The notes under the pieces: generated by a model
Told to the model about the DNA's origin: nothing
The model's database searches: none
What the model saw: the letters and a program-made list of their open reading frames with translations, nothing else
Part shown: in pieces, positions 30,850-39,895 of the stretch
Layout of the letters: each line of letters begins with the position of its first letter
Numbering within the stretch: position 1 is the first letter of the stretch
From: Longimicrobiales bacterium
GTDB lineage: Bacteria > Gemmatimonadota > Gemmatimonadetes > Longimicrobiales > Gaopeijiaceae
Assembly: GCA_965218295.1 (NCBI GenBank)
Contig: CBDCKN010000015.1
Span: 384,001-448,000 of the forward strand
Direction: 5' to 3'
Length of the DNA: 64,000 bases
Program-made: the position numbers and the translations under genes

Positions 30850-33189
30850 CTACCGCGCCAACGCCTGCCAGGCGATCAGACGGTCTTCGTAGGGAGCTGC
30901 CGAGCTTTCGTCGTCGCTCTGGATCGCGCTCTGGACGAGAGCCGCGTAGACCCAGGCGTAGTAATTCGGGATGCCGATGGTGGAGCGGTCGGGCCAGTAT
31001 GCCCACTCGTCGGGGATCCCCCCCCGGTGCACGAACACGCTGTCGACCAGCCTGCGAGTCCGCTCCTCGTCGAGCCACGGGCCCGTGACGGGCATCAGGC
31101 CCGCGTCCTGCATGAGAACGTTCCTCGGGCTCAGATCCGGAGGGCCTGGGTTGAGCCGAAAAGCCAGGCCCTGCCGGACCAGATAGGGGGACAAGCCCAG
31201 GGACCGCGCCGCGTTACCGCTAGAGGCGAAATAGATGGGCCGGTCGTCGATGCTGTTCTGGATCAGCGCTAGAGCGAATTGCTGCCAGGGGAAGACCACC
31301 GTACCTCCGTCCAGCGTGGCGACCACGGGCCCGAGGCGGAACTCGCGGGTTTCTTCCATCGCGACGTACCCCGCGGGGCTGGCCACCTGCTCGATGACGG
31401 CGTCGTCCAGGGCAAGGATCGACCTCCGCGGTGTGGTCACCGGCTCGTCCATCAGGATCCCGATCTTTCCCAGGGCCTCGGCCTCGGCGGGAACGTGGGT
31501 ATACATCGCCGCCGTCGATGAGGCTTGGTAGGGACGCTGGCAGACGATCGTCGTCGGATCCTGCTCGGGGTCCACGTTGGCGGGACAGGGGCGGGTCAGG
31601 TCCCGGATCTGCTTGGTATACCAGTCGGTGTTGAGATAGGACGTGACAATGACAGTCACGTCCCGTCGGATGCCCTCCACTTCCTGCAGGTACCAGAGGG
31701 GGAATGTGTCGTTGTCCCCGTTGGTGAAGAGAACCGCATACGGCTCCACGCTCATGAGGAGGTTGTATCCCCAGTCTCTGGCTGAGTAATCACCGCTGCG
31801 GCTGGCCCAGGACCAGTTGAGAAGAAGCGGTATGAGGGCCAGCGACAGCACTGGGGCCGCCCGTAGCCAGGAGCCGCCCGTCCGCTCGGCAAGCCGCTGC
31901 CAGAGCGCTGCGATTCCGAGTCCGGCCCAGAGCCCCCAGACCGAGAAGCCGACGATGAAGAAGTAATCCCGCTCACGCACCTCGTGGTTGTCGCTCCCCG
32001 GGGCGGGCGACGCGAGGGAGTACCCGTATTTGAAGTTCAGGTAGAAGACCACGCCCAACGAGAGCGTGGCGAACAGGACCAACGTGTAGAGCCCGGTGGC
32101 CGAGTCACGGCGGAGGTGCTGGCTGGCGCCATAGGCCCCAAGGGCTGCGAAGAGAGCAGTGAACGGGAGCCTCAGGAGTGGGAAGACCGTCTCCGGTCCG
32201 GCCACGCCCCTGGCCCATTGCCAGTCGAAGTACTGGAGGTAGTTGGCGTACTGAGACCACAGGGGTGCCAGGCGTGGGAAGAGAGGTGCCTTGTCGTACT
32301 GCTGCCTGGAGAGGGCCGCTGACAGCTCCACGCACCCCGCCTGCCCCCACGTGACAATGCTTGTCAGGGCGCTCTGGACGCTCGAACAGGTCGGGTCGCC
32401 TTCGTTGATGACAGGGGCCAGACCGGCCCGGAGCGGCAGGAAGAGGTGAATGGAGAGGCCGAGGAACACCGCCAGGGCGCCAACAGCGTAGAGTCGCCAG
32501 TTGAGAAGGGTCTTAGGCGAGATCAGCAGGATGAACACAGCCAGAGCAGGGGCGGCCAGGAACGCCATCAGGTGGTTCCCCACCGACAACGCCAGGATGA
32601 AAGCCATGAGCACCAGCAGGTTGTCGTCCCTGCCCTTGCCCAGGTTCTCTCGCCAGTGGAACACGAGCCAGGTCAAGAGAGCGATGGTGAAGAGCGAGAC
32701 CGTGTAGACCTTCTCGTTCACGTTGGACTGATTCCAGACGGTGAAGGCTGTCGCGCTCACGAGGGCTGCGGTCACGGCGCCGACCAACCGGAAGCGTCGA
32801 TCGCTGGAGAAGAACCCGAGGACGTGGTATACGGCCAGGAACCAGAGGCCGTGGGCCAGGCTCCCCATGAGCGTGGAGAAGAGATTGATGCGGGTGGCCA
32901 CCGTCAGACCGAGAGGGGCCAGGAGGACGTCCCACGTGCGTGCCAGGACCACGAAGAGCGGGTTCCCAGGCTGATGGGGAATCCCCAGGATATGCCCGGT
33001 GGCTATGTATTCGCTCGTGTCCCAGAAGGCCGTGGTGGGAGCCAGTGTGATCGTATAAATGAGGCCCACCCCCAGAGCGACGATGACCGCCCAGCCGTAG
33101 GGCGGCCCGTCCACTTTGGGACCGTTTCTTACCCCCCGCTCGTCGTCGGCGACGAGCTTGGGCGCTGTTTCGGTGTCGGCGAGGCTCAT
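30850..33189 (-). CDS. DUF2723 / TMEM260-like membrane glycosyltransferase (GT-C)
   Basis: TLAPTTAFWDTSEYI, GIPHQPGNPLF, EVRERDYFF and FTNGDNDTFPLWYLQEVEG motifs. Confidence 0.88.
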   Translation of the reverse strand: MSLADTETAPKLVADDERGVRNGPKVDGPPYGWAVIVALGVGLIYTITLAPTTAFWDTSEYIATGHILGIPHQPGNPLFVVLARTWDVLLAPLGLTVATRINLFSTLMGSLAHGLWFLAVYHVLGFFSSDRRFRLVGAVTAALVSATAFTVWNQSNVNEKVYTVSLFTIALLTWLVFHWRENLGKGRDDNLLVLMAFILALSVGNHLMAFLAAPALAVFILLISPKTLLNWRLYAVGALAVFLGLSIHLFLPLRAGLAPVINEGDPTCSSVQSALTSIVTWGQAGCVELSAALSRQQYDKAPLFPRLAPLWSQYANYLQYFDWQWARGVAGPETVFPLLRLPFTALFAALGAYGASQHLRRDSATGLYTLVLFATLSLGVVFYLNFKYGYSLASPAPGSDNHEVRERDYFFIVGFSVWGLWAGLGIAALWQRLAERTGGSWLRAAPVLSLALIPLLLNWSWASRSGDYSARDWGYNLLMSVEPYAVLFTNGDNDTFPLWYLQEVEGIRRDVTVIVTSYLNTDWYTKQIRDLTRPCPANVDPEQDPTTIVCQRPYQASSTAAMYTHVPAEAEALGKIGILMDEPVTTPRRSILALDDAVIEQVASPAGYVAMEETREFRLGPVVATLDGGTVVFPWQQFALALIQNSIDDRPIYFASSGNAARSLGLSPYLVRQGLAFRLNPGPPDLSPRNVLMQDAGLMPVTGPWLDEERTRRLVDSVFVHRGGIPDEWAYWPDRSTIGIPNYYAWVYAALVQSAIQSDDESSAAPYEDRLIAWQALAR

Positions 33190-33303
33190 CTCGTCCTTCG
33201 CTGGAGTGCTGCTCTGCGGGCCCCAAGATAGCACTTGAAGAGGATCACCAAGGAGTGGCCGCTCAGTCGTGTGCTGCCTTCAAAGAGGCCCACCGCGCTG
33301 GTG

Positions 33304-35292
33304 CTACTTTGTCGTGAGGTGCAGGTTCCCCCAGTCGTCCACCGTCAGCCGCCACCCTTCCGGAACCCATGTGGTGGAGCTGTACTCCAAGACCACCACC
33401 GGCCCTTCCAGTTCGTGTCCTGGAGAAATTTCCCTCCGCCAGACCCGGCTGGCATCCACCCAGCGCCCATCCACGTGCACCTGTGTGGGGCTGAGGGTGG
33501 CGGGCTCCGTAGCGGGAGGAAGGCGTTGGAGCTCCAGTTCGGGACCGGGTGCAGAGGCGACCACGCGAAGGGTAACGGCCTCCACCGGGGTGCCCTCCCG
33601 CCGGTAACCGTACCTCTCCTGGTGAAGAGCGTGGAAAGCAGCCACCCAGTCCGTGCCCGGCACCCGGAGCTCGAAGCTCTGCCCGGCGTAGCGAGCGTCG
33701 ACCCACCGGTGGAGCTCGATTGTCGCCTCCTCCACGTCCTCCTGTCGGATCGCCTCGAGGGTGTGCCGCTCGAGCTCCAGATACGCCTCCTCCATGCGTT
33801 TCTCTCCCGAGGGCGTCTCGGTGGAGATCAGCACCGTCCGTGACGTTTCGCGGGTCACGTCGGCCGCCAGCATGCCGTAGGCCGAAAGGAGGCCCGGCGT
33901 GGGTGGGACGATAGCGCGGTCGGCACCCAGCTTTTGGGCGAGGCCCGCAGCGTGGAGTCCGCCGGCACCTCCGAACGCAACTAGCGCGAAGTCGGCTGGG
34001 TCGTACCCGCGCTCTACGGAGATAACACGGAGGGCTCGCTCCATGGCCGAGTCGGCCACAGCCAGAATCCCCTCGGCAGTGTCCTCGAGGCTCGCGTCCA
34101 GGCTCTCGGCAAGGCCGGCAAGCGTGGGCTCGATTCCGTTCCGGTCGAGCGTACCTTCACCACCCAGAAAGGCATCGGCGGGAAGGCGACCGAGCCAGAC
34201 GTGGGCGTCGGTGACCGTGACGGCGTCCCCTCCCTTACCATAGCAGATGGGACCGGGGTCGGCACCGGCGGACTGGGGGCCCACCCGTAGCGCACCGCCC
34301 GGGTCGACACGAGCGAGGGAGCCTCCTCCTGCTCCCACCGTGTGGATATCGATGACGGGGACAGCCACGGGCTGGCCCCCGATCTCGAACTCCCGTGTGT
34401 GTAGGAGCCCACCGGGGCAAAGAGACACATCGGTGGACGTGCCGCCCATGTCGAATGAGACGATCTGATCGAATCCGGCGAGGCGTCCCCACGCCAGCGC
34501 CCCCACCACTCCCCCCGCGGGGCCGGACAGTACGGTGTGGATCGGCTCTCGGGTCGCACGGCTCACCGGCAACGATCCTCCGTTGGAGCCCATGATCCTC
34601 ACCCGCTCCGCTCCGGTCTCCCGATCCAGCCGGCCCAGGTAGGCGGACATGCGGGGTGCCACGTACGCGTTGACCACCGTCGTGGATGTTCGCTCGTATT
34701 CCCGGTACTCGGGCAACAGCCTTGCGGATACCGACAGAGGAACAGAGACCTCCGCCAGAGCTTCGGCGACACTCTCCTCGTGCGCAGGGTTCGCGTACGA
34801 GTGGAGAAGCACCACTGCAACGGACTCAGCACCAGCGAGCCGCTCGGCCAGACCGTCCAACTCGTCCTGGTCGAGGGGCTCGACCACCTGGCCCTCCGGT
34901 CCGACTCTGCCGCGGATGCCGATACGGTCGTCTCGATGGACCAGAGGACTGGGGCGATGGCCGACCAGGGCGTACAGCTGAGGCCGGTTCTGTCGTCCAA
35001 TCTCTATGACATCCTCGAAGCCGGCGTTGGTGACGAGCTTGACCCGGGCGCCCTTTCGCTCCAGAAGGGCGTTCGTGGCCACGGTGGAACCGTGAAGGAG
35101 CAGATAGTCGCCTTCGCCCGTGCCCAAAAGCGTCCTGAGTCCCTCGAGGACGGCGTCGGCTGGATCGGTGGGGGTGGAGGGTACCTTGAGCGATCGGAGG
35201 CGGCCGGCGTCGAGGACGAGGATATCGGTGAAGGTACCCCCCGTGTCGACGGCGACGACCCGCCGGATCTTTCCCTTTCTCGCTTCTCTCAT
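33304..35292 (-). CDS. Hydantoinase/oxoprolinase family, A subunit
   Basis: VDTGGTFTD, HGSTVATNALLE, SGPAGG, DMGGTSTD and GPQSAGADPGP motifs. Start at ATG 35292. Confidence 0.93.
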   Translation of the reverse strand: MREARKGKIRRVVAVDTGGTFTDILVLDAGRLRSLKVPSTPTDPADAVLEGLRTLLGTGEGDYLLLHGSTVATNALLERKGARVKLVTNAGFEDVIEIGRQNRPQLYALVGHRPSPLVHRDDRIGIRGRVGPEGQVVEPLDQDELDGLAERLAGAESVAVVLLHSYANPAHEESVAEALAEVSVPLSVSARLLPEYREYERTSTTVVNAYVAPRMSAYLGRLDRETGAERVRIMGSNGGSLPVSRATREPIHTVLSGPAGGVVGALAWGRLAGFDQIVSFDMGGTSTDVSLCPGGLLHTREFEIGGQPVAVPVIDIHTVGAGGGSLARVDPGGALRVGPQSAGADPGPICYGKGGDAVTVTDAHVWLGRLPADAFLGGEGTLDRNGIEPTLAGLAESLDASLEDTAEGILAVADSAMERALRVISVERGYDPADFALVAFGGAGGLHAAGLAQKLGADRAIVPPTPGLLSAYGMLAADVTRETSRTVLISTETPSGEKRMEEAYLELERHTLEAIRQEDVEEATIELHRWVDARYAGQSFELRVPGTDWVAAFHALHQERYGYRREGTPVEAVTLRVVASAPGPELELQRLPPATEPATLSPTQVHVDGRWVDASRVWRREISPGHELEGPVVVLEYSSTTWVPEGWRLTVDDWGNLHLTTK

Positions 35293-35343
35293 AAGTTCTC
35301 CAGGCCTCGACTCGGGGCCCCTCTCACGTGGCGAACGAGGTCC

Positions 35344-36843
35344 ATGCAGCTCAAGCCCAGCTTCGAAGAGTTCCGCGCCCAGGCGAACCGCGGCGGCGTC
35401 CTTCCGGTGTGGAGGGAGTTTCTGTTCGATGTAGACACCGCCGTCACCGCCTATGCCAAGATCCGACGCCCCCCGTTCGGCTTTCTGCTCGAGTCCGTGG
35501 TCGGCGGCGAGCAGTGGGCACGATACACCTTTCTGGGGAGTGAGCCCGCCGAAGCCTGGCGCCTGATCCAGGGCCGAGCCGAGCTGTGGACTCGGGGTGA
35601 CGGCTGGGCGCCCATCACCACCGACGACCCTCTGGCCGATCTCGATGAACGGCTGCGAGCTCGTCAACCCCTCGCCACCGGGGGCCTGCCCCGGCTGTGG
35701 GGAGGCACCGTAGGGTACTTCGGGTACGACGTGGTGCGCCAGATCGAGCACCTGCCCGATGGCCCCCCGGACGATCTGCATCTTCCTGACGGACTCTTCG
35801 TCTTCATCGATGTCGTGCTCGCCATCGACAATCTCCTGGGGCGCGCCATGGCCATCGCCACCGTCGAGGTGGAGGAGGGCCTGAACGAAGAGGAGCTCCG
35901 CAGGCGGTACGATCTGGCGGCCGAGAAGACACACGAGCTCGTGTCGCGGCTGTCGGAGGAGCCATCTCCGCCTCCATTGGAGCTGGGCCCCGAGCCGGAC
36001 GAGGACCCGAGCTTCACGAGCACCATGAGTCGCGGGGAATTCGAGGCGGCCGTGGAGCGGATCCGTGATTACATTATGGCCGGTGACGCATTTCAGGTGG
36101 TCTTGAGTCAACGCCTCGAGATGCAGCTTCCCGCCGGGCCCTTCGACCTGTATCGAGCGCTCCGGTCGCTGAATCCGTCCCCCTACCTCTACTTCCTCGA
36201 GCTCGACGGCCTTTGCCTGGTGGGGAGCTCACCGGAGGTCCTGGTCCGGGTCGAGGACGACGTCGTGACAGTGAGGCCCATTGCCGGGACGAGGCCCAGG
36301 GGAGCCACGCCGGAGCAGGATCGGGCGCTGGCGCAGGATCTGGCCGGTGATGAAAAAGAGCTGGCGGAGCATCGCATGCTGGTGGATCTGGGGCGCAACG
36401 ACGTGGGCCGGGTCGCCGAATACGGCTCGGTCACGGTCCCCGACCTGATGTTGGTGGAGCGTTACTCCCACGTCATGCACCTGGTCAGCCAGGTGGAGGG
36501 GAAGCTCCGGCCGGGCCTGTCGTCCATGGATGTGTTCCGGGCGTGCTTTCCCGCCGGTACGGTCTCGGGGGCTCCGAAGGTCCGTGCCATGGAGATCATC
36601 GACGAGCTAGAGCCGGTCAGGAGGGGCCCATACGCCGGGGCTGTGGGTCACTTCGGCTGGGGAGGAGCCGCCATGGATACGGCCATCACGATCCGAACCG
36701 TCGTGGTGAAGGATGGCACCGCGTATGTCCAGGCGGGTGCCGGTATCGTGGCCGACTCGGATCCGGGTCGCGAGTACGAGGAGACGCTCAACAAGGCACG
36801 GGCCCTCTTGAGGGCCGCCGCCATGCTGGCACCGGGGGATTAG
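35344..36843 (+). CDS. trpE: Anthranilate synthase component I
   Basis: FLLESV, NPSPY, GSSPE, KELAEHRMLVDLGRND and GTVSGAPK motifs. Start at ATG 35344. Confidence 0.93.
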   Translation: MQLKPSFEEFRAQANRGGVLPVWREFLFDVDTAVTAYAKIRRPPFGFLLESVVGGEQWARYTFLGSEPAEAWRLIQGRAELWTRGDGWAPITTDDPLADLDERLRARQPLATGGLPRLWGGTVGYFGYDVVRQIEHLPDGPPDDLHLPDGLFVFIDVVLAIDNLLGRAMAIATVEVEEGLNEEELRRRYDLAAEKTHELVSRLSEEPSPPPLELGPEPDEDPSFTSTMSRGEFEAAVERIRDYIMAGDAFQVVLSQRLEMQLPAGPFDLYRALRSLNPSPYLYFLELDGLCLVGSSPEVLVRVEDDVVTVRPIAGTRPRGATPEQDRALAQDLAGDEKELAEHRMLVDLGRNDVGRVAEYGSVTVPDLMLVERYSHVMHLVSQVEGKLRPGLSSMDVFRACFPAGTVSGAPKVRAMEIIDELEPVRRGPYAGAVGHFGWGGAAMDTAITIRTVVVKDGTAYVQAGAGIVADSDPGREYEETLNKARALLRAAAMLAPGD

Positions 36844-36850
36844 TGTGGTG

Positions 36851-38228
36851 GAGCTAGGATCAAAGGGTGTGTAAAAAGAGAGGCGACGTACCTTTCCGCT
36901 GAGTAATAACCAGCGAACTCCGGGTGACAGCCCGGGGGAAAGGAACGACGCCTCGTGAGGAAGAATACGGTGGGACCCGAGGGTGAGTCCAGGACGCCCG
37001 TGTGGGAAGTTCTGGAAGAAGTGGTTCGGGAGAAGGCGCAGGAGTTCATTCAACAGATCTTGGAGGAGGAAGTCACGGAGTTGCTAGGGCGAGAGAAGTC
37101 AGAGCGCAGGAGGGTGGTGGACGCGACCGAGGGCTACCGCAACGGATACGGCAAGCCGAGGCGGCTGGCGATGAGCTCGGGCACGATCACACTCCGACGC
37201 CCTCGAGTTCGAGGCCTTGAGGAGCGGTTCGAGAGCCGCGTGCTGCCGTTGTTCGCGAGGCGGACGAAGGAGCTGGGCGCTCTGCTTCCGGAGCTGTATC
37301 TGCACGGACTGGCGGAGGGAGACTTCGAGTTGGCGATGCGGGGCCTGCTGGGCGAGGGGGCACCGCTGTCGAAGTCTTCGATTCGGCGGCTGCGGGCGGG
37401 ATGGACGGCGGAGTTCGAGGAATGGAGCCAGCGTCGCCTGGAGGGTCGTGAGGTCGTCTACGTGTGGGCGGACGGGATCTATGTGAAGGCAGGGCTGGAG
37501 CGGGACAAAGCGGCGCTGCTGGTGGTGCTGGGTGCCATGCGAGACGGGACGAAAGAGGTGTTGGCCCTGAGAGCGGGCTACCGAGAGTCGGTCGAGTCCT
37601 GGTCCGAGGTGTTGCGGGACCTGAAGGCACGCGGCATCGAGGCGCCCCGGCTTCTGATGGCGGACGGTAACGCTGCGATCTGGGGCGCAGTACGGCAGGT
37701 ATGGCCTGAGGCGGGTGAGCAACGGTGCTGGAACCACAAGATGAGGAACGTGCTGGACCGACTACCTCAGCGGGAGCAGGGCGAGGCGAAGGATCTTCTC
37801 CGGGCCGTGGTCTACGCACCGAGCCGGGCCGAGGCCCTGAAGGCCCGCGAGGTGTTCGCCCGACGCTATAGGCCGTGGTATCCGAAAGCAGTGGACGTAC
37901 TCGAGGACGACTGGGAGCGGATGGTAGCGTTCTACGACTTCCCCGAGGACCACTGGAAGCATCTACGCACGACGAACGTGGTCGAGAGCCCGTTCGCCGC
38001 GGTACGGCTCAGGACGACAGCAGCGAAGCGGTTCAAGCGGGTCGAGAGCGCTACGGCGCTAATCTGGAAGTTGCTCTTGGTGGCCGAGAAGCGGTTCCGA
38101 AGGCTCGACGCTCCTCACCTCCTCAAGGACGTATTTGAAGGAAGAAAGTTCGAAGACGGAAAGCCCGTCTCACACCAACAGCGGAAGAACGCCGCCTAAT
38201 ACGTTTACACACCTATTGACCCAACCTC
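36851..38228 (+). mobile_element. IS256-family insertion sequence, copy 1
   Basis: Imperfect IRs GAGCTAGGATCAAAGGGTGTGTAAA and GAGGTTGGGTCAATAGGTGTGTAAA. Ends defined by comparison with copy 2. No matching flanking direct repeat. Confidence 0.93.
36955..38199 (+). CDS. IS256-family (Mutator-like) transposase
   Basis: YRNGY, VYVWADGIY, ADG, QRCWNHKMRN and RTTNVVES motifs. Confidence 0.95.
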   Translation: MRKNTVGPEGESRTPVWEVLEEVVREKAQEFIQQILEEEVTELLGREKSERRRVVDATEGYRNGYGKPRRLAMSSGTITLRRPRVRGLEERFESRVLPLFARRTKELGALLPELYLHGLAEGDFELAMRGLLGEGAPLSKSSIRRLRAGWTAEFEEWSQRRLEGREVVYVWADGIYVKAGLERDKAALLVVLGAMRDGTKEVLALRAGYRESVESWSEVLRDLKARGIEAPRLLMADGNAAIWGAVRQVWPEAGEQRCWNHKMRNVLDRLPQREQGEAKDLLRAVVYAPSRAEALKAREVFARRYRPWYPKAVDVLEDDWERMVAFYDFPEDHWKHLRTTNVVESPFAAVRLRTTAAKRFKRVESATALIWKLLLVAEKRFRRLDAPHLLKDVFEGRKFEDGKPVSHQQRKNAA

Positions 38229-38304
38229 CTTCTGACTCCATCGGGGGTGCAGAACAGAAGAAAAACTCAAACACTTATCTGTCCACTGAATCGGGGGAGG
38301 TCCA
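38229..38304 (+). mobile_element. Right-end relic of a different IS3-family element
   Basis: Ends in CTGTCCACTGAATCGGGGGAGGTCCA, a typical IS3-type IRR ending in CA. Truncated on the left by IS256. Confidence 0.6.
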
Positions 38305-38368
38305 AGGTGCGACGAGTACAAGCCCTCCCGGAACCTGTCAACGCCAGTGAGACACTCTTGGAAATCAA

Positions 38369-39376
38369 TTAGAGAGCAATCTCCTGTGTAGTGAGGGATG
38401 GGGTGGGAGGATTGATCCAGACGGCCTCCGGGAGTGGTTTAGGCTTCGGCTCACCGGAGACGAAGCGCTCGGGATGAGCGGCCCATGCCTCACGGAGCAC
38501 GGCCTTCCTGCAGGCGATGATCCGATCGGCGTGACCGAAGTGGACCTGTTCGGGGGTCAGCATCGAGATGCCGCCATGGCGGTGCTCGGCATTATACCAA
38601 CGGAAGAACGAGCGACAGAAGGTCTTGGCTTGCCCCTGATCCCCGAACCGGCCGGGAAACGAGGGATGGTACTTCAAGGTCTTGAACTGAGCCTCGGAGA
38701 ACGGATTGTCATCCGAGACCTGGGGTCGGCCCAACGAGCGGGTCACGCCGAGATCGGCGAGTAGTTGAGCCGTGCATTGGCTCGTCATCGGAGCCCCTCG
38801 ATCGGAATGCAGGGTCAGGAGGTGGGGCTGGACGCCATGCTTCAAGCAACTCTGCTGGATCAGCCGGCTGGCCAGGGCAGAGTTCTCCCGATCCGCCACC
38901 ATCCATCCCACGACGTAGCGGCTGAAGATGTCCAGGATCACGTAGAGGTAGAAGTAACTCCACTTCTTCGGCCCCAGCAGCCGGGTGATATCCCAGGACC
39001 AGACCTGGTTCGGGCCCCTCGCCATCAACTCGGGCTTCTGGTATTTGGGATGACTCCGCTGCGCTCGACGCTCCTGAACCGGCACCTGGGAAGCCAGAAC
39101 GCGATACATCGTACGCTCGCTGCACAGGTAGACGTCCTCGTCGAGCAGCGTCGCCACCACCTCGGCTGGGGACCGGTCCACGAACCGCTCCGAACACAGG
39201 GTGTCGAAAATCTTGTCCCGCTCCCTCTCACTTAAGGCCCGGGCGGGGGTCGGGCGGGGCTGCTGATGCCCGGTCGATGCACTCCGACGACGGTAGAACG
39301 TGGCTCGCGGCACCCTGAGCGCATCGCACGCGGGCTTCACCCCTACGTGCTTGGCTAGCTCCTGGGTCGCCTTCAT
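38369..39376 (-). CDS. IS3-family transposase OrfB (rve/DDE domain)
   Basis: PNQVWSWDIT, LHSDRG, DNPFSEAQFKTLK and WYNAEHRH motifs. Confidence 0.93.
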   Translation of the reverse strand: MKATQELAKHVGVKPACDALRVPRATFYRRRSASTGHQQPRPTPARALSERERDKIFDTLCSERFVDRSPAEVVATLLDEDVYLCSERTMYRVLASQVPVQERRAQRSHPKYQKPELMARGPNQVWSWDITRLLGPKKWSYFYLYVILDIFSRYVVGWMVADRENSALASRLIQQSCLKHGVQPHLLTLHSDRGAPMTSQCTAQLLADLGVTRSLGRPQVSDDNPFSEAQFKTLKYHPSFPGRFGDQGQAKTFCRSFFRWYNAEHRHGGISMLTPEQVHFGHADRIIACRKAVLREAWAAHPERFVSGEPKPKPLPEAVWINPPTPSLTTQEIAL

Positions 39377-39822
39377 GAGTTCGTCCCGTCCTCGAGGCTC
39401 AATCCCAGCAGCCCTGCAACTTTTCCCTGGACGTCGATGATCAAGTGCGCCTTCTGGAGCTCCTTCTCGAGGCGAGTGTTCTCGCGCTCCAGCTTGCGCA
39501 CCTTCTCCTCCAGCGGATTGCGCTCGCGCTTACGGCCTCGTTTCTTCGACAGCGCTTTCAGGGACCCGCTATGCGCCGCCTTGCGCCATGTCGTCAGGTG
39601 CGACGAGTACAAGCCCTCCCGCCGTAGGAGTCGGCCAACCTCTCCGGGCTCCGTGCACCGGTCCGCTTCTTCGACGATCCGCAGCTTGTACGACGGAGCG
39701 AACCGCCGGCGCAGCGGCCTATCTACCACCTCCGAGTCCGCAGGAGCTGCCGCGCTTCGCTTACCGTCCCAGGTTGGTGGGGCTATTCCATTCTCTTTCA
39801 TTCTCTCTCGGTGTCTCAGCAT
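39373..39822 (-). CDS. IS3-family transposase OrfA (HTH plus leucine zipper)
   Basis: RRRFAPSYKLRIV and LLRREGLYSSHLTTW. Overlaps orfB in the -1 frame; G-GGA-AAA slippery heptamer at 39427-39421. Confidence 0.9.
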   Translation of the reverse strand: MLRHRERMKENGIAPPTWDGKRSAAAPADSEVVDRPLRRRFAPSYKLRIVEEADRCTEPGEVGRLLRREGLYSSHLTTWRKAAHSGSLKALSKKRGRKRERNPLEEKVRKLERENTRLEKELQKAHLIIDVQGKVAGLLGLSLEDGTNS

Positions 39823-39895
39823 CCTCGGTTTCTCTGCCTTCGCCCTACTCTAATTCCTTAGCTGCTCCGTGTCTCACGTAAGTTGGCAGAGAGGG

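Larger units (their letters stand above)
38329..39895 (-). mobile_element. IS3-family element, complete copy (1567 bp)
   Basis: orfA plus orfB; imperfect IRs CCCTCTCTGCCAACTTACGTGAGACA and CGGAACCTGTCAACGCCAGTGAGACA. Confidence 0.9.

Noticed and set aside
33304..36843. Apparent 935-aa hydantoinase and 768-aa TrpE with long overlapping N-termini
   Set aside because: Each extension is the antisense of the other gene. The real starts are ATG 35292 (-) and ATG 35344 (+).
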